Shown: piece by piece, positions 11,115-21,608 of the stretch
Numbering within the stretch: position 1 is the first letter of the stretch
Layout of the letters: each line of letters opens with the position of its first letter
Source of the DNA: Candidatus Marinacidobacterales bacterium
GTDB lineage: Bacteria; Acidobacteriota; Vicinamibacteria; Marinacidobacterales; DATDRI01
Reading direction: 5' to 3'
Assembly (NCBI GenBank): GCA_965219415.1
Contig: CBDCNP010000002.1
Location: 576,001-640,000 of the forward strand
Length of the DNA: 64,000 nt
Made by a program: the position numbers and the translations under genes
The notes under the pieces: model-generated
Told to the model about the DNA's origin: nothing
The model's database searches: none
What the model saw: only the letters and a program-made list of their open reading frames with translations

Positions 11115-11363
11115 TGCGCGATGAAAACATACCTACATTGTCGTAACCTGAAGACACAAGGGCCGTTGCAAGGTCCGGCGTCCTGATGGTAGCCTTGACG
11201 CTCGGTTAGGTTGGAAAATTACTCGATGGCCCTTCCGGCCCACACGCGAATCATCGTCGTGACGAACTGGTTCGAAGAGTTGAAGCGCCGCGCACCAACA
11301 GAAGACTGAGGGGCTTGACGATACAGTGTGGAAAGCGATAGACCAAAGTCCGGGGGAAAATTA

Positions 11364-12710
11364 GTGTCAACACAAAAACTGAGCGCGGTCGTCCTTTTTG
11401 TGGGTGTTTCCTGTATCGCTTCCTGGGCGGTCGAGCCTCCAGCCGACGCCGAAAAATACTGGGGGCAGTGGCGAGGTCCCTCGGCCACGGGCGTCTCATC
11501 GAATGGCAACCCGCCGCTCGAGTGGAGCGAGACCAAGAACGTCCGTTGGAAGATCGAGATCCCCGGCAAGGGATACGGAACGCCTGTCGTTTGGGGAGAT
11601 CGGATCTTCCTTCTAACCGCCGTACCCTCCGGAGAGCAAGCCGTGCCACCGCCGGAACCCGAACCCCAAGAGGGTGGCGAGCGCAGGAGAAGACCGAAGA
11701 TCACGCCCTCGAAGCAGAAGTTCGTCGTCATGGCGATCGATCGCCGAGACGGCTCCGTGCTCTGGGAAAAAACGGCCCGCGAAGCGCTTCCCCACGACGG
11801 CACCCATCCCGACGGAAGTTGGGCCTCCGCATCTGCGATCACCGATGGCCAGCACGTCTACGCCTACTTCGGTTCGCACGGGCTCTACTGCTTCGACATG
11901 AAGGGCAATCTAGTTTGGGAAGTCGATCTCGGCGACATGAAGACGCGGCGAGGATTCGGCGAAGGTAGCTCGCCGGTGCTCCATGGCGACAAGCTGGTGG
12001 TGAACTGGGACCACGAAGAACAATCCTTCATTGTTGCGCTCGACAAGACCACCGGAAAAGAGCTTTGGAGAACGAACCGCGACGAGATTACATCCTGGTC
12101 TTCACCACTGATCGCCGAGCACGACGGCAAGGCGCAGGTCATCACCAGCGCGACCAACCGCATCCGCAGCTATGATCTCGAGACCGGGAAGCAGATTTGG
12201 GACGCGAGTGGGATGACCGTCAACACGATCCCGACGCCGGTCGCCGGCGACGGCATGGTGTATGCGACAAGTGGCTTCCGCGGCAGTGCGCTGCTTGCCA
12301 TCAACCTGGCCGACGCCAAGGGAGACATCGACGGGTCGGGAGCCATCGCTTGGAAATACGACCGAGACACACCCTATGTGCCGTCACCCCTCCTCTACAA
12401 AGACACTATTTACTTCTTCAAGGTGAACTCGGGGATTCTTTCTTGCTTCGACGCGAAGACCGGAGAGCCGTACTACGGCCCGCAGCGTTTGGGAGACGTG
12501 GTGAACGTCTACGCGTCGCCAGTGGCAGCCCAAGACCGCGTTTACATCGCCGGTCGAGGGGGTACGACCTTGGTCATTCGACACGGGCCCAAGTTCGAAG
12601 TGCTGGCCACCAACGATTTGGACGACAGCATCGACGCGTCACCGGCGATCGTCGGCGACACGATTTATATTCGGGGCCACAGGAACCTCTACGCCATCGC
12701 CGAGCAGTAG
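11364..12710 (+). CDS. PQQ-binding-like (BamB-like) beta-propeller protein
   Basis: Signal peptide; 'WGQWRGP..G', 'PLEWS..KNVRWK', repeated ASP/SSP and 'TGKELW' blades. Confidence 0.85.
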   Translation: MSTQKLSAVVLFVGVSCIASWAVEPPADAEKYWGQWRGPSATGVSSNGNPPLEWSETKNVRWKIEIPGKGYGTPVVWGDRIFLLTAVPSGEQAVPPPEPEPQEGGERRRRPKITPSKQKFVVMAIDRRDGSVLWEKTAREALPHDGTHPDGSWASASAITDGQHVYAYFGSHGLYCFDMKGNLVWEVDLGDMKTRRGFGEGSSPVLHGDKLVVNWDHEEQSFIVALDKTTGKELWRTNRDEITSWSSPLIAEHDGKAQVITSATNRIRSYDLETGKQIWDASGMTVNTIPTPVAGDGMVYATSGFRGSALLAINLADAKGDIDGSGAIAWKYDRDTPYVPSPLLYKDTIYFFKVNSGILSCFDAKTGEPYYGPQRLGDVVNVYASPVAAQDRVYIAGRGGTTLVIRHGPKFEVLATNDLDDSIDASPAIVGDTIYIRGHRNLYAIAEQ

Positions 12711-12838
12711 CCGCCCAGCATAAAACGCGTGGTCGTTGGATCACGTGATCCATCCCGTGGGAGAAAGATTCCTGTAACACACTGTTAGTGAGGGGCTTAA
12801 CCGACCATTCCTTCGGCCGGGTTCGGCGGTAGCCTTGA

Positions 12839-12867
12839 TTGACAGACTTCTTTATTTCTTGTATTCT
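12839..12867 (+). promoter_or_regulatory. Sigma70-type promoter of the toxin-antitoxin operon
   Basis: TTGACA (12839-12844), 17-nt spacer, TATTCT (12862-12867); GGAGG RBS before ATG 12898. Confidence 0.65.
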
Positions 12868-12897
12868 TTACTTAGTGGAAAAATGGAGGCCGTCCCC

Positions 12898-13122
12898 ATG
12901 GAAATCAGCAAAGTGTCATCCAAGGGTCAAGTCACTCTTCCCAAGAAGATCCGGGAGAGCCTTGGGCTCGGCCCCGGAGATCTGATCGCATATGAGTTGG
13001 ACAACGGGGTCGTCTCGATTCGCCGATTGGACTCGTTCGATGCACCGTTTCACTCAGCACTCTCCGCCACGTTAGACGAGTGGAACACGCCCGAGGACGA
13101 CGAGGCGTTTCGTGATTTGTGA
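12898..13122 (+). CDS. AbrB/MazE-family antitoxin
   Basis: 'SKVSSKGQVTLPKKIRESLGLGPGD' AbrB motif; acidic tail 'EWNTPEDDEAFRDL'. Confidence 0.9.
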   Translation: MEISKVSSKGQVTLPKKIRESLGLGPGDLIAYELDNGVVSIRRLDSFDAPFHSALSATLDEWNTPEDDEAFRDL

Positions 13123-13441
13123 ACCTTGGGACGTAGTCGTCGTCCCCTTCCCATTTGTCAGGAGATCGGGGACCAAGCGAAGGCCGGCCTTAGTTCTCAG
13201 CAAGACGAGTTTCAACGAGGGCGGAAACACCGTTCTCGCGATGGTAACAACCCGGGCTCACCAGCCGTGGCCTGGCGATACGCCGATTGTGAGGCTCGAT
13301 GCAGCGGGTCTGGATGTGTCGTGCATCGTCCGGCTCAAGTTATTCACGCTCGACACCCGCTTGATCGTGCGGCGGATCGGACACCTGTCAGCGGTCGACA
13401 GTGAAAAGACTGCCGAACAGCTTCACCTACATGTAGGTTGA
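13112..13441 (+). CDS. PemK/MazF-family toxin (endoribonuclease)
   Basis: 'WDVVVVPFPF....KRRPALVLS' MazF motif; overlaps the antitoxin stop. Confidence 0.9.
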   Translation: MICEPWDVVVVPFPFVRRSGTKRRPALVLSKTSFNEGGNTVLAMVTTRAHQPWPGDTPIVRLDAAGLDVSCIVRLKLFTLDTRLIVRRIGHLSAVDSEKTAEQLHLHVG

Positions 13442-13472
13442 GCTCCGGATCCGCGGCGAGGATTGAAGCGGT

Positions 13473-16366
13473 TCAGCTCACCGGACCCAGGTAACGGTCG
13501 AGCCAGTCGAGGGTTTCTTTGATGAGCTCCGTGCGGGGTACGGAGTGCCCCTTATCATAGACGAACATCTTCTTGTGCTCTGGTGGCGTTCCCAGGAGCT
13601 CGAAGAATGGTTTCTGAGACGTCTCCGCGGGGAAGAAAAAGTCGTAACGTCCGTTGAGCATTAGCACCGGCAGCGTTATGCGCGGAACGAAATTGATTTG
13701 GTCCACCTCAGGCTGGGCTCTTTGAAAAAGGAATCCTCCGACGAGTAAGACACCGGCATCGAACCGCTCTTCCACCGCAAGCATGACTGCTCCTAAGTAG
13801 CCCCCCCAACTAGCACCAAAAAAAGCTAGCTTGTCGGCATCGATATCGTCGCGGGTCTCGAGATAGTCGATCGACCGAGGTCTTTCGCCCACATGATGAC
13901 GTGTTCTTTGAAAAAGTTGGTCTCGTCAGGGTAGTCGGAGTCCAAGCCGTCTCCTCGTTCATAGGTGCTCTTATAGATCGGCCACATGAGCGCGCGGCCA
14001 CTCTTGAGGAAAAAATCAATCCTCTGCGACCGCAGAGGCAGAGACTCACTGGACCTCGAATGAATGGCGCCTGAGCCGGGAAAATAAACCACGGTTTGGT
14101 ACGGCGGTGCCCCACGTTTCGGTAAGAAGAGGTAGGCAAACATCCGCTCGTTCCCGTAGGCCGTGTCCAACGCTATCTTCTGTTTGACCCAGTGCTCGGC
14201 GCTGTCGTCTTCCAACTCGACTTCGGCGTTGAGATCCGTCTTGTCGTAAGAATACAGTCTTTTGTAAATCTCGAAGGCTTCGTCTGAAACTGGCTCCTCG
14301 GCTCGATAATCCCGGAAAGGAACGTCTACGAGGGCGTTGAGAGCAGGCAGATTCTCGGGCCGTTCGAGGTATCTCATGCAGCGGAAGCCGTTCACCGGAG
14401 AACGATCCGTCGGTTCCTGCGTATACCCGTCGTTGAACGTGTAGTACTCGTCGTTCCATCCACCACCCAAGATAAATCTCTCACCCCGACCACTTTCGTT
14501 TAAGCACCACTCCCGCACGTTGCCGGCCATATCGAACGAGCCGTAAGGACTCATGCCACGATGACTCCCCACCGGGGCTGGACCACGACCAAAATTGCTC
14601 AGAGGGATGATCGCATCACTCATCCACGTTCCCGCAGCTTTGTTCCAGTGATAGATCGTGGGGAGAACCTTGCCCGCATACTCCGCATAGGCTGCAGCCT
14701 CATACCAACTCACACCTGTCACGGGGTGGTCACCTTCTCCCTGTCGGTAGTCTCCTGCTTCCCAGGTAGAGGGTCCCGGCCTCCCCGTCGCATCAACCAG
14801 ATCTGCCATGGCTTTTTCCCAAGGGAGCTGGCGACCGTTTTTGTTGAACTCATGACTCCAATATTCCCGTTTCTGGTAACCACCGGCGTCGACGAATTCT
14901 TTGAATTGGCGATTGGTGACCTCATATCTGTCGATCCAATAGTCGCCTAGCTCTCCAGGGTCCAAGTGCTCGAAGCCAGGCATAAACAGGGGAATCGCAC
15001 CTGTGGCTCGAACCATCCCGGAGGCAACGGAGTCTTCTTTGTCCAGGGTAATGTCCAGGTCCCCCATCTCGTGCACCCAGGCACCTTGTACCGTGGCAAA
15101 TCCTTCTTTGAGTATTTTGAACTCAGACGTGTCACGTGGCAGCGCCAGTCGGTCGATGGGCGTTTTACCAACGTGTTCCAGCTCCGCCCGGTAGGCGCCT
15201 ATGTGCACATCCGCGTCCGCCGGAGTGGTTTGAACGGAAATCTCCACCGCGAATTTCGGCCACAGCGAGTTGAGCAGAGGGTCGTCCGGAATAGATGCGC
15301 GCGCCCGTCGCGCGATTTCGAAGGCGCCACGATAATCTCCCTCCTCAGTGAGTCGCATGATCTCAGGCAACCCCTGCTCTCTCGCCCATCGCACCTTGCT
15401 GGTCGCCTGAAGAAACCAAATCGCTCCCACCGCCGGGGCGAAAATGAGTAAGAACGCCAGAAGGAACTTCCACCGGCCTTTCTTCTTGGGAGGCTCAACA
15501 TCTTCGACGGCGCGCAGTTCGGTCGTCGTCTCCTCCGACAGCGCTTCGATGGCGTTACCGACGTCGAGGGCCGTCTGAAGCCTTTCGTCGGGATTTTTCT
15601 TCAGACACCAATCAACGACTTGCTCGAGGCTCGGGGGAAGATTGCCTTTTTTCCTCAAAAGCGGGAGTGGATCGTCCTTGAGGATGGCCGACATGACGAC
15701 GCCGGCGGACTCCCCCCCGAAGGCCCTCTCGCCAGTGAGCATTTCAAAGAGGATGGCGCCGAAGGAGAACACATCCGATCGTTGCTCGGCGGATTGGCCG
15801 CGTACCTGCTCGGGAGACATGTACCCGACGGTTCCCATGATGGTTCCGGGTTCGGTGGCGCGCGTCCTCGTTGCTGAGTCTTCCCCACCTCCCTCTTCGG
15901 CTTGTTTGGCGAGCCCGAAGTCGAGGACCTTGACCTTGCCGTCTTTGGTAATAAATAGGTTCTCGGGCTTCAGGTCGCGATGCACGATGCCGCTGGCATG
16001 GGCCGCGGCCAACCCATCCACGATTTGCCGTGCGTAGCCGATCGCTTCGACCGGCGACATAGAGCCCTCTTCGAGTCGGTCTCGAAGCGTCTTACCTTCG
16101 AGAAGCTCCGTGACGGCGAAGATCACGCCTTGATCCTCACCGAAATCATGAATGGCAAGGACGTTGGGATGGGACAGAGCCGCGACGGCTCTTGCTTCGC
16201 GCTCGAAACGCTCGCGGCGCTCCGGTGAATCAGCCACGTCGGGGGGGAGTATTTTGAGGGCTACTTTACGGGCGAGCTTGGTGTCCTGGGCAACGAAGAC
16301 TTCTCCCATCCCTCCACTGCCAAGCTTCTCCAGAACCTTGTAGCGGCCGAGCGTTTTGCCAACCAC
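13473..16366 (-). CDS. Ser/Thr protein kinase - TM - FGE/sulfatase-modifying-like domain - alpha/beta hydrolase fusion (one frameshift near 13880)
   Basis: GSGGMGEV, VALK, HRDLKPEN, DFGLAK, YMSPEQ; TM; FGE-like 'IDRYEVTN', 'PVTGVSWYEAAAYA', 'DMAGNVREW'; hydrolase GASWGG..GRYD..GHS in ORF 13473-13892; GTG start after GGGAGG. Confidence 0.85.
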
Positions 16367-16509
16367 GAGTGCCTCCCGAGCGGATGACGGCGACCAGAAG
16401 ACGGTCGCAGCGCGACGGCGCCAATTATACAGCCGGGCCGCACGCAAGCGTACTGGCGTCTGGCTGCTTAACAAAAAGCGGCTGAAATCGTTTCCTTTCT
16501 ATCCGCGAG

Positions 16510-16860
16510 ATGCCGCAAAGCGCACGCAAGCAGAGTGCCTGGAAAGAGGTCTACACCATCGTTCGACGTATCCCCCGAGGACGGGTGATGAACTAACGGT
16601 CAGATCGCGCAACTTCTCCATCGGCCGCTGTCCGCACGTGCGGTCGGCTGGGCGATGCGACAATGTCCCGACGGCCTGCCCTGGCACCGTGTGGTGAACG
16701 CTTCCGGAGGCTGCTCCACCGATCCGATCACCTACCGGACCACCCCCCCGGCCTTCAACGCGCCCTCTTGGAAGCAGAAGGCGTGCGTTTCCGCCGAGAC
16801 AGCACCCTCGACCTCTCCCATTACCGCTGGTCACCCAGAAAACGACGCGCCGCCAACTAG
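16510..16860 (+). CDS. Alkyltransferase-like protein (MGMT/ATL family), frameshifted
   Basis: Joined frames give 'VYTIVRRIPRGRVM..GQIAQLL..ARAVGWAM..LPWHRVVN..QRALLEAEGV'; PWHRV (Trp in place of Cys) is the ATL signature. Confidence 0.8.
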
Positions 16861-16918
16861 ACGCGTCGGAAGGCGGCGTGGTATAAGCCAACCAGCCAGT
16901 AACGAAGGAAGGGAACCA

Positions 16919-19387
16919 ATGACGAAGCGGCTTTTTCTCTTCGTGCTTGTCTCCATTCCACTTTTCGTCGTGACGTCCTTTGCGCAAGACACCGGTCGCA
17001 TCGCTGGACGCGTCGCCCGCGAAGACGGAACCGGTGTAGGAGGGGTCACCGTTGTCATCAACGAGATTTCGATGGCCGACATCACGGACCAGGGAAGTTC
17101 CTTCGTCTTCGACAACGTGCCGGTAGGAACGTACTCGATCACGTTCATCTTGGGAGAAAGCTCCGACTCGGAGTCCGGCATCGAGGTAACGGCTGGCATG
17201 TCGGCAACCATCGAAAAAGCGGTCGACTGGGAGATCGGTTTCGTCGAGACTATGACCGTGACTTCGGCTTCCTTGCAAAGGGAGCGGATCGTAGAAGCGC
17301 CAGCCGCCATAAGTGTCGTCACCGAAGCACAGATCGCCAGTCGAGCCGCCTTCGGTCAGGTTCCAAAACTGGTGGAGTTCACGCCGGGCGCCAATGTGAC
17401 GCAGAGCGGACTCTACGATTTCAACGTCAACACCCGCGGTTTCAATAGCTCTTTGAACCGCCGCGTGGCCACACTAATAGACGGCCGAAATCCCGCCGTG
17501 CCGTTTCTGGGCGCCCAAGAATGGGCCGCCATTTCGTTCCCAGTAGACGATCTAGCCAGCGTCGAATTGCTGCGCGGCCCGAGCGCCGCCCTTTACGGCG
17601 CGAACGCATCCAGCGGTGTCTTGAACCTGACCTCGAAAGCTCCCCGGCAATCCCAGGGTGGCCAGGTTCGGTTCACCGTCGGAGAGATCGATACCGTTAA
17701 TCTCGACTTCCGCTGGGCCGGGGGCCTGGGCAACGATTGGTACATGAAGGCCGTCGCCGGGATGCGGAGAACGGGAGACTTCACGGTTTCGCGGACCTTC
17801 AACCCGGCCGATCCACTCGGCTCGGTCGAGTACGCTGTACCGTGTCTCGCACCGGGCCAAATCGATTGTCTACCTTTGGAGCGCGCGCCGCTCAACCCGT
17901 TGGACGACGACGAGATCTATTTCGGTGGGATCCGTTTCGACAAGTATCTTCGTAGCGGCAGCTTCTTCACTCTCGAAGGAGGCATGGCCAGTGTCAAGGG
18001 GCCGGTCTTTCAAACCGGACTCGGTCGCGTTCAATTGGGAGGGTCGGTCGATGGAGACGCTTCGTCGGTCAAACGCCCATGGGCGCGATTCAATTTCACT
18101 GCTCCACGGTGGAATTTCCTTTTTTATTACACCGGCCGTGATGCCCCGAACCAGTTGAACCTCCGCCCCGGCAATAATTTCGCGCTCGACACTTTCAATC
18201 TGCAGTTCGAAGGCCAATACAACTGGAGCTTTGCCCAAGACAAAGTCAGAGTCGTTTTGGGAGGCGCCTATGGACATGAAGACATCAACAGCGCCGACCC
18301 TGACAGCGGAAGACAAACCCTCATGTTCGAGCCGGTCACCGCCGATCGTGGAGCGGTTTTTGGCCAGGCGGACTGGAATATCACGGATCGGGTCAAGGTC
18401 ATCTTCGCGGGCCGGTTCGACGACAGCACCTTGTACGATGCCCAGTTCTCGCCCAAGGCGGCCGTCGTTTACAACTTCGATCCCAATCACACGATCCGCT
18501 TTACCTACAACCGGGCCTTCCAGGTGGCCAATTACTCCGAGTTTTACTTACAGGGGGACGTTGCGGCGCCGGCAGACCTGAGCGGTCTCGAGGCCTTCTG
18601 CACACCTTTCGGTGTGAACTGCGGTTTCACCAATCCGACTCGCGTGCTCGCCCTCGGCAACGAAAGCCTCGCGGTCGAGGAGATCCAAACCTTCGAGGTC
18701 GGCTATGCGGGGATCATCCAGCAGAAGGCCTTCTTCACCATCGACTACTACAACAGCCAGGCAAACGATTTCATTACCGACCTGTTGCCTCAGCTCGGAA
18801 GTTTCCCCGGCCAGCGAACCAATCCCAACTTCGGTCCGTGGGAGCCTCCCGGGGCACTGCCCCCACCGGTCGTGACCGCCATCCGTGGCCTGGCTCCTCC
18901 TATACTCTCGAACAACCTCGACGGCTCGAACATCCTGGCGGCCGTGTCCTACACGAATTTCGGTGAGGTGGACACCCAGGGCATCGAGATCGGTCTGAAC
19001 TACTACTTCGTGGATCCGTGGAGGTTTACGTTCGCCTACTCGTGGTTCGATTTCGACTCCAAGGAGAATCCGGCGTTCGACCGTCTGCTTGCGCCCAACT
19101 CACCGGAACACACTGTACGAACCGGACTCGGTTACGTCACCGACCGCTGGGACGCTGACTTCGGCGTCCGATGGGTTGACGATTTCTTATGGGCGGTGGG
19201 AGTCTTCCAAGGACCGGTGGAGTCTTACACGACCGTCGACGTGAGCGCTAACTTCCGCATCGTAGAGCACTGGAAGGTCGGAACCAATATCTCGAACTTG
19301 TTCGACAGCGTGCACTATGAGGCGTTCGGGGGAGACCTCCTGGGGCGGAGGGCGCTGGTTTATGTAGCGGTCGACTGGAAGAACTAG
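16919..19387 (+). CDS. TonB-dependent outer-membrane receptor with N-terminal carboxypeptidase-regulatory-like domain
   Basis: Signal peptide from ATG 16919; plug motifs 'RGFN', 'VELLRGPSAALYGANASSGVLN'; beta-barrel C-terminus. Confidence 0.9.
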   Translation: MTKRLFLFVLVSIPLFVVTSFAQDTGRIAGRVAREDGTGVGGVTVVINEISMADITDQGSSFVFDNVPVGTYSITFILGESSDSESGIEVTAGMSATIEKAVDWEIGFVETMTVTSASLQRERIVEAPAAISVVTEAQIASRAAFGQVPKLVEFTPGANVTQSGLYDFNVNTRGFNSSLNRRVATLIDGRNPAVPFLGAQEWAAISFPVDDLASVELLRGPSAALYGANASSGVLNLTSKAPRQSQGGQVRFTVGEIDTVNLDFRWAGGLGNDWYMKAVAGMRRTGDFTVSRTFNPADPLGSVEYAVPCLAPGQIDCLPLERAPLNPLDDDEIYFGGIRFDKYLRSGSFFTLEGGMASVKGPVFQTGLGRVQLGGSVDGDASSVKRPWARFNFTAPRWNFLFYYTGRDAPNQLNLRPGNNFALDTFNLQFEGQYNWSFAQDKVRVVLGGAYGHEDINSADPDSGRQTLMFEPVTADRGAVFGQADWNITDRVKVIFAGRFDDSTLYDAQFSPKAAVVYNFDPNHTIRFTYNRAFQVANYSEFYLQGDVAAPADLSGLEAFCTPFGVNCGFTNPTRVLALGNESLAVEEIQTFEVGYAGIIQQKAFFTIDYYNSQANDFITDLLPQLGSFPGQRTNPNFGPWEPPGALPPPVVTAIRGLAPPILSNNLDGSNILAAVSYTNFGEVDTQGIEIGLNYYFVDPWRFTFAYSWFDFDSKENPAFDRLLAPNSPEHTVRTGLGYVTDRWDADFGVRWVDDFLWAVGVFQGPVESYTTVDVSANFRIVEHWKVGTNISNLFDSVHYEAFGGDLLGRRALVYVAVDWKN

Positions 19388-19752
19388 AGGCAGTCGGTTG
19401 CGGGCCTCGGCTTCTTGACGACCAAAACCTTCATCGAGTCGCACGGCTCGCTGTGATGGGGCCAGCTGACGCCGATCGCATGGTGGGGCTGGTGGAGCTC
19501 GACTGGCGGCGTCGCCGCCAACGTGGTCTGGGTACCTAGCGGGAGTCCAAAAGACGTGCGGAAGAATTCGATCGCTTCATCGAGCCGACCATCCTCGGCC
19601 AAGCTGAGACCTCGATAGAAGTTCGCCGTCGAGGAGAACGCCGCAAAACCTGGGAAGCTCCAACCCGATGAATGGACAGGAACAAAGAGCATCCCGATCA
19701 AAACGATGGCGACAGCTGTCGCCTTGACGTCGGTAGGAACTCGCGCCCACAT
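19384..19752 (-). CDS. Hypothetical exported protein with one TPR-like helix pair
   Basis: Hydrophobic N-terminus; 'FYRGLSLAEDGRLDEAIEFFR'; GGGGAGG RBS upstream. Confidence 0.45.
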   Translation of the reverse strand: MWARVPTDVKATAVAIVLIGMLFVPVHSSGWSFPGFAAFSSTANFYRGLSLAEDGRLDEAIEFFRTSFGLPLGTQTTLAATPPVELHQPHHAIGVSWPHHSEPCDSMKVLVVKKPRPATDCL

Positions 19753-20289
19753 GGTTTTCCTCCCCTTAGACCTCGGGTTGTGTCTCGCAAGGCGGATGCC
19801 AGCTTGTGGGCGCTCGGGCGTAGGGCCCGCCTCCATTAAGCATCATGTTTTGAGCCATTTACGGGTGAGCCCGAACGGCGATTCGGACCTTGGCTCGAAG
19901 GCCTGCAAAGAAATTAGACAAGCCGCACGCGATCCGTTACAACTTCGCAATGGTTAAGAAACTCGCTTTGCCGTTGGTGGTTGTGGCGGCGGTTGCCTCT
20001 GGGATCGTGCTAGGCGCGGGCGCACCCGCCGAGGACGTAGAAATCGTTCCGCCCGCCGGCAGCGGCCACGACTTCTGGCCTCGCTGGCGGGGGCCCCTCC
20101 GGACAGGGAGTCGTGAACGGCACGGGCTATCCGGAAACATGGTCCGCGACTGAAAACGTCCAGTGGAAGGTGCGCGTCCCGGGGCAAGGAAATTCATCTC
20201 CCATCATTTGGGGTGACAAGGTCTTCCTGACCACCGCTTACGACGGCGGAAGGCGAATCGAGCTCTTGTCAATAGGTGTGTAAAAAAGT

Positions 20290-21534
20290 TCAGGCAGCAG
20301 CAACCTTCGACGACTCCGTTACCCTGTCTCCATCTTCAAATCGAACGCCCAGGTGAACCTCTCGCATCAGCTCCGGTGCGTTGAGCCGGCGAAAATTCTT
20401 CTCCGCAACCAGAAGCAGTTTGAAGATTGTCGCAGTGGCGGACTCGACTTTCTTGAACCTTTTGGCCGCATCCGTTCTCAATCTCAGTGCAGCGAACGGT
20501 GACTCCACGACGTTGCTCGTGCGAAGGTGTTGCCAGTGAGGCTTGGGAAAGGAATAGAAGCTGACCATCCGCTCCCAGTCCTCGTCGAGCACGTGCGCGG
20601 CCCCCGGAAGACCCTTGCGCAAGCACCAATCCTGGAACTTGGCCTTCTTCGTCTCGCACTCCTGCAGGCTGGTGGGGTAGGGGATCGCCGTCAACAGCGG
20701 CTTGGCCTGCGCCTGGTCCCTTTTCGGAATCCGGTCCAGTACGTTGAGGATTCGGTGGTTCCAGCACCGCTGCTCCTCAGCTTCTGGAAATACGTTTCGG
20801 GTCGCGGCCCAGATGCCGAGATGACCGTCACCGATCACCAAACGGGGACATCTCAGACCGCGCTTCTTCAGTCTCCGTAGCAGCGACGACCATGACGCTT
20901 CGGATTCTCGATGCCCGGCCTCCAGCGTCAGGACGATTTTCGTCCCGTCGGACAGGCCACCAACCGCAACTAGCACCGCCGCCTTGTCCTTCTCAAGGCC
21001 GGCCTTCACGTACACGCCATCTACCCACAGGGACACGAGCTCGAGTTCGTCCAGTGGGCGAGCTAGCCACTGCTCGTACTCTCCCTGCCATTTCTGTTTC
21101 AGCCGCGACACCGTGCTGGGAGAAAGTGGAGCGTCCTCCCCTAGAAGCCCGCGGAGCGCCAAATCGAAATCTCCGTGAGCTAGTCCATGCAGGTACAGCT
21201 CCGGAATCAACTCGCTCACCGTTTCGCTCCGACGCTTGAACAGCGGAAGCACTCGACTTTCGAACCTCTCCTCCACGTCCCCTACTCTCGGCCGGCGAAC
21301 CGTCACCGTGCCCACGCTCATCGTCAGCTTCCGAGGCTTACCGTATCCATTTCGATAGCCCGCCGTTGTGTCCACGGGCTTCCGTCTCTCCGATTTCTCA
21401 CGCCCGAGAAGCTCCGTGACTTCGGCTACCATCAGCTCCTGCACCCAATCCTGGATCTCGAGCCTCGCCCACTTCTCCAGCGACTCCCAAGCCACCCTTG
21501 ACGAGCTCCGTCGTCTTGTGGTCTTTTCCTTCAT
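20290..21534 (-). CDS. IS256-family (Mutator-type) DDE transposase
   Basis: 'YRNGY', 'WVDGVY', 'IGDGHLG', 'QRCWNH', 'RTSNVVES' motifs; intact ORF with GGAG RBS. Confidence 0.92.
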   Translation of the reverse strand: MKEKTTRRRSSSRVAWESLEKWARLEIQDWVQELMVAEVTELLGREKSERRKPVDTTAGYRNGYGKPRKLTMSVGTVTVRRPRVGDVEERFESRVLPLFKRRSETVSELIPELYLHGLAHGDFDLALRGLLGEDAPLSPSTVSRLKQKWQGEYEQWLARPLDELELVSLWVDGVYVKAGLEKDKAAVLVAVGGLSDGTKIVLTLEAGHRESEASWSSLLRRLKKRGLRCPRLVIGDGHLGIWAATRNVFPEAEEQRCWNHRILNVLDRIPKRDQAQAKPLLTAIPYPTSLQECETKKAKFQDWCLRKGLPGAAHVLDEDWERMVSFYSFPKPHWQHLRTSNVVESPFAALRLRTDAAKRFKKVESATATIFKLLLVAEKNFRRLNAPELMREVHLGVRFEDGDRVTESSKVAAA

Positions 21535-21608
21535 GGCGGTGTCTCCTTCCGTTGGCCCCTTCACGCCGTGTTTCGTGACGCGGAAGGTTACTCCGCCTTT
21601 ACTTTATT

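Noticed and set aside
16655-16918. N-terminal extension of the 910-aa TonB receptor ORF
   Set aside because: It belongs to the frameshifted ATL gene (PWHRV); the receptor starts at ATG 16919 with a signal peptide.
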